Below are positions 52,285-63,280 of a stretch of DNA of 64,000 nucleotides, one piece after another. The translations under genes were made by a program, and so were the position numbers. Within the stretch, counting starts at the first letter, position 1; each line of letters starts with the position of its first letter. Source of the stretch: Phoronis australis (lineage: Eukaryota > Animalia > Phoronida); contig NMRA01000182.1 of the NCBI GenBank assembly GCA_002633005.1, positions 541,768-605,767 of the forward strand, in the 5' to 3' direction. A model generated the notes under the pieces. The model searched no databases and was not told where the DNA came from. It worked only from the letters and a program-made list of their open reading frames with translations.

Positions 52285-53808
52285 TTTTTATGCGCCCACA
52301 TATTTATATGTGGACGCATTATGCCGTCATCTCTGTCCGTCCGTCCGGGCGGCGTCTGGCGTCCGGCGTCCGCTGCTCTATCTCCAAAACCCTTTGACAT
52401 ACGTTCATGAAATTTGGCACATATGTTCTATTCATGAATGGGACGGCATGTGCGAAGTTTCGGACGGATCCGACTACCGGTGTGCCCCCTAGTGGCAATT
52501 TTAGTTTTTTACGCTTAGCTTTGTATCTTCAAAAGTGCTGAACGGATTTTCATGAAATTTGGTATGTAGGCACCTATTAGTGAGATGACGCTATCCTGCC
52601 GTTTTCAGATGGATTCGACATAGTTTGCGCCACCTAGTGGCCATTTTTAGTGTTTTCGAGTCTGTTTTTGTGCGTCCACCCCTCTATCAACCAAACCGCT
52701 CAAAGGATGATTGTGAAAATTAGCATGTATATGCTTACTATGTAGAGGACGGTTGACGATGATTTTCCGACGATTTCGACTACTGTGGCGCCTCCTAGTG
52801 GCAGTTTTGTTTTTTTGCGCCTATGGCTGTATCTCCTAAACCGTTCGCAGGATCTTTACAAATTGTGTAAGTATATTTATATGATGTTAACAACGGAAGA
52901 TGACGACTTTTGGACGGATCCTACTACTGGTGTGCCCCCTAGTGGCAATTTTAATTTTTTACGCTTACCTTTGTATCTTCAAAAGTCCTGAACGGATTTT
53001 CATGAAATTTGGTATGTAGGCACCTATTAGTGAGATGACGCTATTCTTTCGTTTTCAGGTAGATTTGACATAGTTTGCGCCACCTAGTGGCCATTTTTAC
53101 TGTTTTCGAGTCTGTATTTTTGCGTCCACCCCTCTATCAATCAAACCGCTCAAAGGATGATTGTGAAAATTGCCGTGTATGTGCTTACTATAAGGAAGGC
53201 AGCTGAAAATGATTTTCAGACGATTTGGACTACTGTGGCACCTCCTAGTGGCAGTTTTGTTTTTATTGCGCCCATGGTTGTATCTCCCAAACCGTTTGCA
53301 GGATCTTTACTAAATTTAGCAAGTGTATTTATGTGATGTTGACAACGGACGATGACGACTTTAGGATGATTCTGACTACCGGTATGCCTCTAGTGGCAAT
53401 TTTAGTATTTGCCTGTAGTGTCAATTTATAGTATTTTACATTGACCTCTGTATTTTCATAGGTCTTCAGGTGTATACTTTGTGTTACTTCGTGACTATGA
53501 AGGAAAAGTTTGTTTCTGGCATTCTAATGCTGTGCTAATCTCGTATGTTGGCAAATTTGTTTTTAATTCTATGTTTCTGTGGTGCTTTAAGCAACTGGTG
53601 TATAGGATGTGCTTGTATTATGAAGATTACTCACATTTTGCCCCTAGCCTATTGGGGGGACAATGACCATGCCTTTCCATTTTGCTAAGCACAACATACT
53701 ACATATATGCCCTCTACTGGCCACTTTATGGTACCAATAAACAACCCTAGAAGGATACCGTATGCGGTGCAATTGTGGGCGCATTTCAACGCTCTGCGTT
53801 GCTCTTGT
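52285..53808 (+). mobile_element. Full-length Helentron-associated (HINE/DINE-1-like) non-autonomous element with internal tandem repeats
   Basis: 5' T-run + subTIR ATGCGCCCACA within a hairpin, (GTCC)n microsatellite near 52335, ~150-bp tandem units, 3' subTIR TGTGGGCGCAT (53774-53784), hairpin CAACGC-tct-GCGTTG, terminus CTCTTGT. Confidence 0.8.
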
Positions 53809-54631
53809 ATAATGGTTTTGTCCCTTCATTCTTTTTGAATTTTCACGTTTGACAGGCACACTTGGGTTATGGCTGCATTAATGACAAGCTGTGTAGAATA
53901 CACATTGAACATTCCAGTTGCATGGTCATTGGGTCACAGGTACCAATGATTATTTGATGAATTGACAGACCAGCCAAAACACCTTGCTGGACTTTTAGGG
54001 GATGATTGGTATCTTGAATGCTATTATGCTATATTTACTGGTATTGGCAAATTTGACCTCTGAAGGTAATATGATATCAGTATAGTATAATATTCGATAC
54101 AGATGAAAGAAGACGTCCTCTGTGACAACTATGTAGCACTACTATGTAATAAAGTTTTAATTGTGATGGACATGTCTGAAACACAGTTCATACACTGGAT
54201 CAAGCCAGTTTACCTGTCTGGAAAAGAACTCCTCTTTCAAGGAGGTAAAACACACTTTGTGACTCAAGTAGAGTCCTTAAAACATGATATATATTGAGTT
54301 CCCATGAAATGTTTTGGTTTTGTTCAGTGTGTAGCCAACGTTAAAACGACAAGCGAGTATGATTGCAATTTTGATGTACACATTGTCTGCAGCATGGCAC
54401 CATGTAAACAGCTATGAGAATTGTCTGAAAAATGTGCATGAGCATTGTGGGTAAACTGCAAGAACCCAGTGTAAATGTTGTACTGTGTTATTCCTCCACT
54501 TGCACGTTATTCCATGAATTGATTACATTCTGTTGCACTTCACACAATGTTGGATACATACTGATGGACACTAGTGCACTGTAGGCTGTACATTGTTATT
54601 CTTTCATTGTCCAGGAATTGGTTATACTCTA

Positions 54632-54759
54632 TTACACCTCACATAATGTAAGGCACAAGTTGCTCAGACTGCAAGGGAGGTCATTCCAGGCTCTGCTGTG
54701 AGTGGCTGACGACATCTCCACACAATTTTCTTGCCCATTGTAATTATCTGGTTGGTTCC
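54632..54759 (-). CDS. Secreted C-type lectin, coding exon 2, (G)NQPDNYNGQENCVEMSSATHSRAWNDLPCSLSNLCLTLCEV*
   Basis: Minus-strand acceptor ttgtattttag, phase-compatible with exon 1. Supplies QPD, ENC, WND and the terminal CE of the CTLD; TAA at 54634-54632. Not in the ORF track. Confidence 0.93.
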
Positions 54760-54954
54760 CTAAAATACAACAGTGAACCGTGTAATTTGATTTGGGACAG
54801 TCATTGTATCATCCATTCTGATTTTTCAGTCTCCTTTTTTCCAATGTACGTTCTGTGTACATACAATCATGATTGTGACATGGTCAGTAGCCTTTATGGC
54901 TCATTAGTCATCTTCACTATTCATTACCAGTAATCATCATTGGCAACAATTAAT

Positions 54955-55335
54955 TACCATCGTTGTCAGCAGTCCTTGCTAGTAGTTGTCACTGTCAATT
55001 AAAGTTGCCATCGTCAGTTGTTGTCATTGTCAGACTGGTTCAAGTTGTCATGTACAGCAGCCGTCGCCATTGTCTAGCAGTTGTCTTCATTGTCAGCAGG
55101 TGTCCTCATTGTCAGCAGTTGTCATCATTGTCAGTAGTTTTCATACCCCTGTCAATAGTAGTCGTCACCAGCGGTTGCCACTGCCTGAGTAGTAAATGTC
55201 ATCGCCATTACGTTGTCATTGTCTATGTAAATTTCATTATCAGTTGTTGTAATTGTTAGTATTTGTCATTGTCAGTAATTGTCATCAATGTCAGGAGTAG
55301 CCACCTTTGCCACAAGTCTTCATCATCATCAGTAT
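54955..55335. repeat. Degenerate low-complexity repeat (GTTGTCATT/GTCAGCA units) in the lectin intron
   Basis: Recurring gttgtcattgtcagca/gtcatc units; explains the V/S/C-rich spurious ORFs at 54963-55259. Confidence 0.8.
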
Positions 55336-55839
55336 CCAGCATTGTAAGTTGGCTGGTGTCAGGGGCTGTTTACAGCGGACACAGAAATTGAGACAAACAG
55401 TGATTGTTGCTGGAAGGTGGAATCATAATGTTCCTAGTTTTTAGTTAAATGTTACATAGGTGTGCTAACCAATTGAGACGATTTCTTCCAATATGACACC
55501 ATTAAACAGTAAAACATGTAGTTCACACTGTATTATAATATGATTGGTCGTAACTTGCTTTATCTGAAAAAATGGGTGCCTCGTCAACTTGCGCCATGTC
55601 AGATCTCATGTGCGTAACACACGTTGTGCAATGTCGGTTTGTGTGGTGTCATGGTGCCATAAACAGCTCATTAGATCTACAATAAAGTTCGCTAATATTT
55701 TGTCAGCAATGAGGCAAGGCGTGGACATCTGAATGACAGCAATTACAGTGCTGCCCTGATGCAGACAAGCATAACTCATCAGTCATTCAGACTCCCCACC
55801 AGCCACACAAAATGCACAGAATCACTAAAAGTGTATTAC

Positions 55840-56308
55840 CCAACCAATTAGTGTAGAGGAAGTCTATTCCTGTAGCATTCCATACAAAGTGTCCTTCATC
55901 ATTAAGGTTGTTTCCGCTTGTCCAGAAGCGTTTATCCGGGTATCTTTCCAGGAACTGAGCCACTGCTTCTTGCTCAGCTGTAGTTTCTATGGCAACCAAA
56001 TGGCCTCCGTCTCCTTGGCATTTGGTGCGTGCATCAAACCAGTCAGTTTTATCAATGTATATTTTGTAGCAAGATTGTCCCATTCGAGTGTAGCCTGCTG
56101 GGCAAATAGTGTACAGCCTCTTCTCGAATCTTTCCATTTTGATGGAGATACTTGTCAACAAACTACTGAGTTGTTGAATCTCTCGCTGCTGATGTTGTTG
56201 TCTAAGCATGACGGCTGCAAGAACCTGTGAGGCATGCCTCCTGTGTCTGGGCGGCGCAGCCTCAAGTGCAGTGAAGAGAAGACCCAGCAAAATCATAGAG
56301 AACAACAT
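55840..56308 (-). CDS. Secreted C-type lectin (perlucin/lithostathine-like), coding exon 1
   Basis: Signal peptide MLFSMILLGLLFTALEA, Q/L-rich helical neck, then CTLD N-part: CPAGY..SCY, WFDARTKC, LVAIET..EQ, FWTSG, FVW, YTNW. Minus-strand donor TTGG|gtaata at 55839 (phase 1). Confidence 0.93.
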
Positions 56309-56343
56309 GGTGCTTGATGTATGAGGAGGTTGGTCTTGTTTAT

Positions 56344-56380
56344 AGTGAGTTTTCAGTTATCCCAACTCTTATATATATAT
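56344..56380 (-). promoter_or_regulatory. Core promoter of the lectin gene (TATA box + initiator)
   Basis: Minus strand reads ATATATATATAAGAG (TATATAA at 56375-56369), followed ~25-30 nt later by the Inr-like TCACT (56348-56344), about 35 nt before the ATG. Confidence 0.6.
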
Positions 56381-56410
56381 GGGGTCTCTGCACAGTATCA
56401 GACTTGTTTG

Positions 56411-56426
56411 AGGTCAGCGTGGGTCA
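56411..56426. promoter_or_regulatory. DR4 nuclear-receptor response element candidate
   Basis: AGGTCA-gcgt-GGGTCA, two RGGTCA half-sites spaced by 4 nt, ~35 bp upstream of the lectin TATA box. A second AGGTCA lies at 56468-56473 in a degenerate duplicate. Confidence 0.45.
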
Positions 56427-57078
56427 AGAGATTGTTTTCTTGATTTCTTTATGAGCCTAATTGCTTGAGGTCAGCTGTGTCTAGAGACTTGTTGTCTTCA
56501 TTTTGTTTACTTCATTCACTCCATATTACATTGCATGTGAATAAGTTTGGAAATGAGCATTTGGTATGTGGTATCCATTTGGCGTAATGCCCAAAGTCTC
56601 ACCAAATAGGATGCAACATGGCAGACAGGTGAAGTTTTATTTTCTGATTTTTTTTCATTTATAATACATGTGGTACGTGTCCAAATGATGCTTTACTGAA
56701 AATTCAGGTTTTGTACCATACCTACCAACATAATAGAAATTCAGTTTTAATATGAATATGTCCAGCTTTAAGTACCCCGGCCCTGATTTGTGAGCTTGTG
56801 AATTTGTAATTTTAGTGTCACTGTTGGTTGAAACAAACCGATCTCCTAAGCAATCCAAAATCTTAGTTGGTGAAGCCTTACCAATTTCTGACTATAATTT
56901 TTTCTATGGTTATAAATACTCCTCTTCCATTTACTTAATACACAGTTCTCTTGTATATATTTAAAAAAAAACATTTATGGTTGTCAGTGGTATTCGATAC
57001 ATAATTTGTTAAATTGGCTTTCCTTATGTTCATGAAAAATTTCACTTGCCTCTAATCATGTGTATCAGTTGTTGAGAT

Positions 57079-57252
57079 ACGTGGCCATAAACATAAATTA
57101 ATGAGATACATGACCATAGACATAAATTGATGAGATACATGACAATAGACATAAATTGATGAGATACATGACCATAGACATAAATTGATGAGATACATGA
57201 CCATAGACATAAATTGATGAGATACATGACCATAGACATAAATTGATGAGAT
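57079..57252. repeat. Minisatellite, 6 x 29 bp (ACATGACCATAGACATAAATTGATGAGAT)
   Basis: Six head-to-tail units; the first is most diverged. Confidence 0.95.
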
Positions 57253-59643
57253 AGCTATGGATAGGATTATTTTCAGCCCTCACTTCCCAAACTATTACTT
57301 GAACATTTGAGTTATCAGTAATAAATTGCAAAACTTATGTACTTAGAATATTTGACCAGACTGGCTTCAGTCTATAAAAAATCCTAAATTTCATCCAGTT
57401 TTGGTACTACCATACTTGTCTGGGTAATCTAATGATTGTTTTGACTAAACAAACACCCACCCTCAATTTTCTAACTTTTCACTTTAATAAACCCATGCTC
57501 CTGCGGTTGTGCAGTTGAAACTCTTGTGAATGTTCACTTCAGTTCTCGAGGCACACCCAGTTTGATTGCCTTTTGCTCTCAAACAGAATGTTTGGGTAAT
57601 TGACCACTCTGACTTTTCAGAAAGTTCACTTTTATAGTGCTCATGCTCAGCTCTGCAGCGTGCACTCCCAGGTTTTTAAGATGCCCAATTTATGGTCCCT
57701 GGATGAATGCGGTAGCATAAGTGAGACTACACGTTTTGTGTCGGCCATGACTCCATAGTGTCTTGCAAAAATGGCGCCAATAGTTGAACATGATTGGGAA
57801 ATCACAGTGCTGGGGAATTTAGCGAAATCTGAAAACTGGTTTATAGCTAATTATCATAGGTGATCCCTCATGAGCAGAATCATTCCTGGCTCACTAATCA
57901 CTTGTGTATTCATTGCACCATAAACCAAGTAATTCTCTGTTGAAGTCTGGTGTTGGTGAGATATATGAGTATGAAAAACAAGTTATAATTTTTTACTTTC
58001 TTTTTTTCTTTAAGTTTTGTTTTGGTTAGATAAATGATATGTCTCATGCCTTCCGTATTTCCAGAAGAATACCAAAACAAGATTAACTAACTTGAACCAT
58101 GAGTAAGCTCACTGACCTCTTTAATGAAAGAAAAATGGTCTATGTTGGTTTTGTGCTAGTAACAAACCTGAAATTATCTTCCTATGTTAAGTGGTTTGTT
58201 GTTTTGTTTACCGGGAATTCTCCCAGTTTTGCAGTGTGCAGCCTTGGTGTGCCTGTGGTTTGCATCCACCGAAGTAACAGATCAACATTCCTGCATACAT
58301 CTCTAACCGTCTCACTATTGACACCCATTGTTTGGTAATGGCATCTAATTGAGGCTTATTGGCAATGAAGCTGAAAATTGAAATATTGTGGCAAAGTTTG
58401 CAGAACTGAATTTTAAGTTGGATTATTGTTATGTTCTCCAATATATCAGCGTTGTCCAATGTAGCATTAGCTCGCTAAAATTTTCGGGTCTTGTCCAAGT
58501 TATTACTTAGGACAACTCAAAAATCAGTAGGTGGCATTGAGCTGAGCATGGGTGAAGCCTGGACGTCACTTACACATACGTCAAGAGTCCAGTGATCGTT
58601 GCTGAAGTTCACTTAAGCTTGACCAATCTTTTTACGTAGGTTATCTTTAAATTTTCTGATGGAAACATTACGTGTGACCATGCGCTGTTCACGCCAATGC
58701 TTATCTCTGTTTTTTGCACTTGTGCAATTAAATAGCGCGAACCACTTCTTGTCTTCTTCAGTAATTAGCAGGAAAGTATGGTTGTCTTCCCACCCTAATA
58801 TTAGGTAAAGTTCCACTTAAACTGATTGGTCGACTCCACGGTCCGCAAGTAGCGTACTTTTTGGGAGCTAAAAGTCTGATGACACGGGCATTTACAAACT
58901 TAAAGACACATGTACTAATGTTTACTTGTTTGCATTATTGGGGGTTGGGCGGTGGGCAGTTTAAGGTATAAATTTGGAAATTTGTGGTTAAGTCATCTGA
59001 GTATGGGTCTTACACACAAAAGTACAGTATATTAAGACGGGTCATTTCAGTTTGTAATTCATTACTTAGAATGATTTTGAAAACTGAATTATCAAATGAA
59101 CTAGATAGTTCAATGAGGTTTTTTCCTAGGCAAGCTTTTCAACTAAAAATTATGAAAACATGGCACATGTTATGACAGAATTTCTGCAAATAAGGACTTA
59201 ATATGGGATTGAATAAAATTTATTCTCTCATTTGTAAACTATAAATTGCACTAAATTGATGCTTTCATTATTAATTCTCAATGATGTTTGAATATTTTGA
59301 AAAATAAAAAGCAGTCAATATTGACTATAATTATTTTTTTACCAAAGTTGTTGAGAGTTTACTCCTGCTGATATATTTAATTAGATTCATCAGTCATAAT
59401 GAACTCTTTTTGATTATTATTTAATTATTATATCTCATTCAGGTTCACAAAGAACTGCTTTCACTGACCTTGCATGTCAATTTCAAAAGGCCTATTGTGT
59501 GTGAGGGACACCCATGCAGACTATGGTTACCATCTTGAAGCTCAGCTGTCTTCACTTTGGAAATTAAATAAAAATTAGGTACATAGAAAACCAATATAAA
59601 CATGTCCTTGGTAGACAGGTATCCTTTGTGACAGCACTGAGTA

Positions 59644-59862
59644 ATCTTGGATTATGAACTAGAGTGCACTGTACTTTCATCTTGGATTATGAACTACAGT
59701 GCACTGTACTTTCATCTTGGATTGTGAACTAGAGTGCACTGTACTTTCATCTTGGATTATGAACTAGAGTGCACTGTACTTTCATCTTGGATTGTGAACT
59801 AGAGTGCACTGTACGTTCATCTTGGATTATGAACTAAAGTGCACTGTACTTTCATCTTGATT
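59644..59862. repeat. Minisatellite, ~6.2 x 35 bp (ATCTTGGATTATGAACTAGAGTGCACTGTACTTTC)
   Basis: Units start at 59644, 59679, 59714, 59749, 59784, 59819, with a partial at 59854; no spacers. Confidence 0.95.
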
Positions 59863-61403
59863 ATTCCATCCACTGGATTGATTGTTTTCTCTAGTGTAAT
59901 TTTTACTACTATTTGTGTCCGAAATTGAGGTTTTTACTGTAACTGTATATCTGAACCTTCAGACCTTTTGGTTAAGTGTGCAAGTTTTACTGGTTGCCTT
60001 GACTCCTTCAAAACAAATGGTACACACGGTGGTGGCCTGAACCAGTCTGATGAAAAGAAATCATATTACACTCTTCAGTCGAGTATATACATTTGGGCAA
60101 TCTATTCCAATATTTGCTTTTTGTCAATATTAAAAGCACATTTATTTACTTTTGATAGTTCTGTCCACTTAAACATATATGATAACGTGTTTTTTGTGTT
60201 ATCACAGACCACCCAATTTATCATGCAGACGCCCGTTGCCCTTTGTTTTTATGTGTTTATGTGATAAGGATTGTAAGGACAAACATTTGTTTAATTTTTT
60301 GTAGTCAGCTGTCTCATATGATGATGTATGCACAAATGACGATTTTTGTTGAGCAGTTGGTCAAGTGTCTTGCCTATGCTTTCTCTTGAATGTTTTAAAC
60401 ATTCAAGAAATATTAAAATATTGTTTGTGTTTTCATATAAACTAATTACATTACGGCGTTTTCCTGTTGCTCCCAACTTGTTCGATTCAATAGCCCAACA
60501 ACAAGTTGGGAAGTTTATCCCTGTAGCCAATATCTTATACGACTGATTAACTCCATTCTGGCATTCATGGTTGGAGAGCCAGCTCTCGTTTGTTCGATAA
60601 TTGCTCTAATTTTCAATAAGATCCTGTCTAGCCTGACTGAGCTGTGCTGTTAAAAATAAAAGTTGAGTTATAACATATTTGAACATAATCCAATAGTCTT
60701 TCTGAAATCCTCGTCAAATGGTGATCATGTTTAGTTTTTGAATCGCCAAAATCGCCCAACTGCAACGGAAGTTACGATAATTTATTCTTTCCGAATGTAC
60801 CAATTCACTCTGGGTTTGACGGTGTTCACAGGTGGTCTGTAATAAGCCTGGTAGATAATTGGCCTGCCTGTTATCATAACAGACAAAAGACTGTGCTTGG
60901 CAGTTAACAAAGAAGCTAGATGCTATCACACGCTCAGAACCCCCTACGTCTGGTAAAGTCACTGAAATCGAAAACGCTGTCATGATATTTTGTGCCGACA
61001 AAATTCATTAATGTGTTACGATATATTGACTATCACTTTACTATCATATATTTGTGTTCATTTGCATATTTTCCAGTGGATTCGTTCAGCTTTCTCCATA
61101 ATAATGAGTTTTTCAAAGAAATGTTTTACTCATATGTTTCTGGCTTTTCCTTGTATGACTTGCATGTCCTAAACTGGCTGTTATTGGTGTAGAGACTTCT
61201 TGTCCATTACTTTTTGTTAAAGTTCCTGTTGAACTGCATACCCATCAATATTTACCATTTTCTAATGGATAAGTCATCAGTTTCAATCACATTATTTGAT
61301 ATTTCTTACTTCTCGGTTTTACTGAACTATTTCACAGAGAACTCGTCTTATTCCATCCGGTACATCATCACATGCACAATTGCATGTGATGCTTTTACGT
61401 AAG

Positions 61404-61516
61404 CATGCGTAGGTCTGAATACATGCGGCTTATACAGTAACAATTGAATGTGATGTTCACACACATGTGCATAGGTCTGAATACATGCAGTGTGTGCAAT
61501 AACAATTTAATGTGAT
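61404..61516. repeat. Diverged tandem duplication, 2 x ~62 bp
   Basis: taggtctgaatacatgc...taacaatt.aatgtgat occurs twice. Confidence 0.75.
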
Positions 61517-61971
61517 ATGCTTTCCAGCAAAGTTTTTATTGATCATTTTGAATTCTTGGTATTTTTATCAAACTCTATTTCATGATGGCACAATTTAGTT
61601 GTGTTTTACAAGAGAAAGATTATAAATTTACTTTTTAAGAAATTGTTATAATGTTTTTCAGTCTTCCAGGTATTATAGCTTGTGTTAAAATGTGCTCTAA
61701 GTATTCTTCCCATTATTAAGAGGTATCTCTTTGCATCAGTGTTAGCATTTTCATACCTTACCCTGGAGTAAGGATTTGACTAGTGGAACTCGCAATCTCC
61801 AACCTACCACGATCTTATGACAGTCTTCAGTTACGATATTATAGCTCTTTAGTCTGTACGAAGAATTTATTTCAAGTATGCCCGTATTAAGAGTTCAGGA
61901 TTTCTTTCCTGCTATAACTTGGCATCTGTCTATTTAATTCAGAGTAAATCATTGTAAACATGTTATTGCAG

Positions 61972-62127
61972 ATAGTTGATTTGGCTTTACTAGTGAAGAA
62001 AGACCAGAGTATGACTGCCAGTGACCCCATGGCTACATTTATTCCCATCTCTTGCCCAGAGCTACAATATAGTGACGGGCAGCCATCTTCAGCCATGACA
62101 TCATCTAGCTGTCCAACATCTCCCATT
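61972..62127 (+). CDS. SUPT3H: SUPT3H internal exon, IVDLALLVKKDQSMTASDPMATFIPISCPELQYSDGQPSSAMTSSSCPTSPI
   Basis: ttattgcag acceptor, gtaagt donor; 156 nt, phase 0 to 0. Continues ETVAQ|IVDLALLV as in human ETVAQLVDLALLVRQD...GDP. Confidence 0.92.
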
Positions 62128-62676
62128 GTAAGTAGCAATTGTCTCGTTATGAAATCATTACGTACCACTGTCTGTTAAGAACTCGCCATACCCACAGTGC
62201 TGTTCTTCCGCCACTGAGGGCAGTTTCCGAGGTAACTTAAGTTTGTAAAAATTGTTTATTATTGCTTCGTGATTCATAAATTTATCAAGAACCATGAGTG
62301 CATTTGTGGCACTAATGTAGTTGCTGTGTAGTGCTTAATTGGTACAGAAACGGAAGTTGAGTAATTGTACAAGTATCAGAGAATCCACTTGTTGCTTTTC
62401 TTTCTAGTGGCGCATTGTTTGTTGATAGTTTACCAAGGTTACAGCCTAGCTCACAGTGCTCTGGTATACGCAGGATTTGAATCCAGGGAACCTGCAACTC
62501 CTGCAAGTCACACTATTAAATTATATCTTCCTAACCAAATAGTTAAAACCAATGTAACCACAGTTCATTGATACACTAGTCCTCAATGCTATCGCTTTCT
62601 GATTCATCCCAGTTGGTGCCTCAGGATGCCATTGATTCTAACTAGATTTGACAGCTGTGCCACCTACTGGGTTACA

Positions 62677-63280
62677 AGACTCGCAAAGATAGGAGCAAGC
62701 GTTCTGCATTTTGTGCCTGAACCTGCTATCCCGGTATCTTACGGATGTTGCAGGATGAGTATACGCAACTTGGTACATACCCAGTCAGCAGCCCAGTGGG
62801 CATCACTTAACTCCTGCAGAGAGACCAAGGAGAATTTTCCCAACGTGATCGAACCAAAAGGTTCAAAAAGCCTTCTGAGTCTAGATAGATTGGGTATAAC
62901 TGAGACACGTCATTCAAATTTCGACGGGCCACTGCAACCTAGCCCGACACAGACACGTTACTGGGCATATGGGGAGCCCTGTGTGTCCCGAGTGTGGTAC
63001 TGACGTAGAATCTCCTAAACACCTGGTAGAGTCTTGCCCAGCTTTTTATAGGCTAAGGAGCAACCTACTGGATGGCATTGTTACATGCCTACAACATATA
63101 GTGCATGGCAACAAATGGAAACGTCTGTCCGTTTTCCTAAAGGAGACTGGCAGACTTGAAAACTTTCTTCACGAGGATCCATAATTGGGGTCTCGTGCCT
63201 TTGCTCAGGTGTTTTGTGCAATGGGCCCAACCATGAGGCCTGTGCACGTCTGATGCACCGAAAATGACATCAGACCACCT
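62677..63280 (+). mobile_element. 5'-truncated non-LTR retrotransposon 3' end (LOA/R1-like, I group), frameshifted
   Basis: LAKIGA....VPEPAIPVS...W....CRETK (post-RNase H region), then after a frameshift near 62895 TGHCNLARHRHVTGHMGSPVCPECGTDVESPKHLVESCPAF (Cx2Cx8Hx4C knuckle); stop at 63184. Boundaries approximate. Confidence 0.8.

Noticed and set aside
55787-55839. Hydrophobic C-terminus (NTLLVILCILCGWWGV) of the 173-aa ORF as a membrane anchor
   Set aside because: It is read-through into the intron past a GT donor; the true CTLD end is in exon 2 (54759-54632).
58613-58816. Charged 67-aa minus-strand ORF
   Set aside because: Non-ATG start, no domain motif recognised, no supporting splice partners.
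57079-59862. 29-bp and 35-bp arrays as CRISPR arrays
   Set aside because: Units are head-to-tail with no unique spacers, there are no cas genes, and the context is eukaryotic intron.
62613-62645. Possible next SUPT3H exon after tcccag (LVPQDAIDSN*)
   Set aside because: In-frame stop after 10 codons and no HIREA motif.
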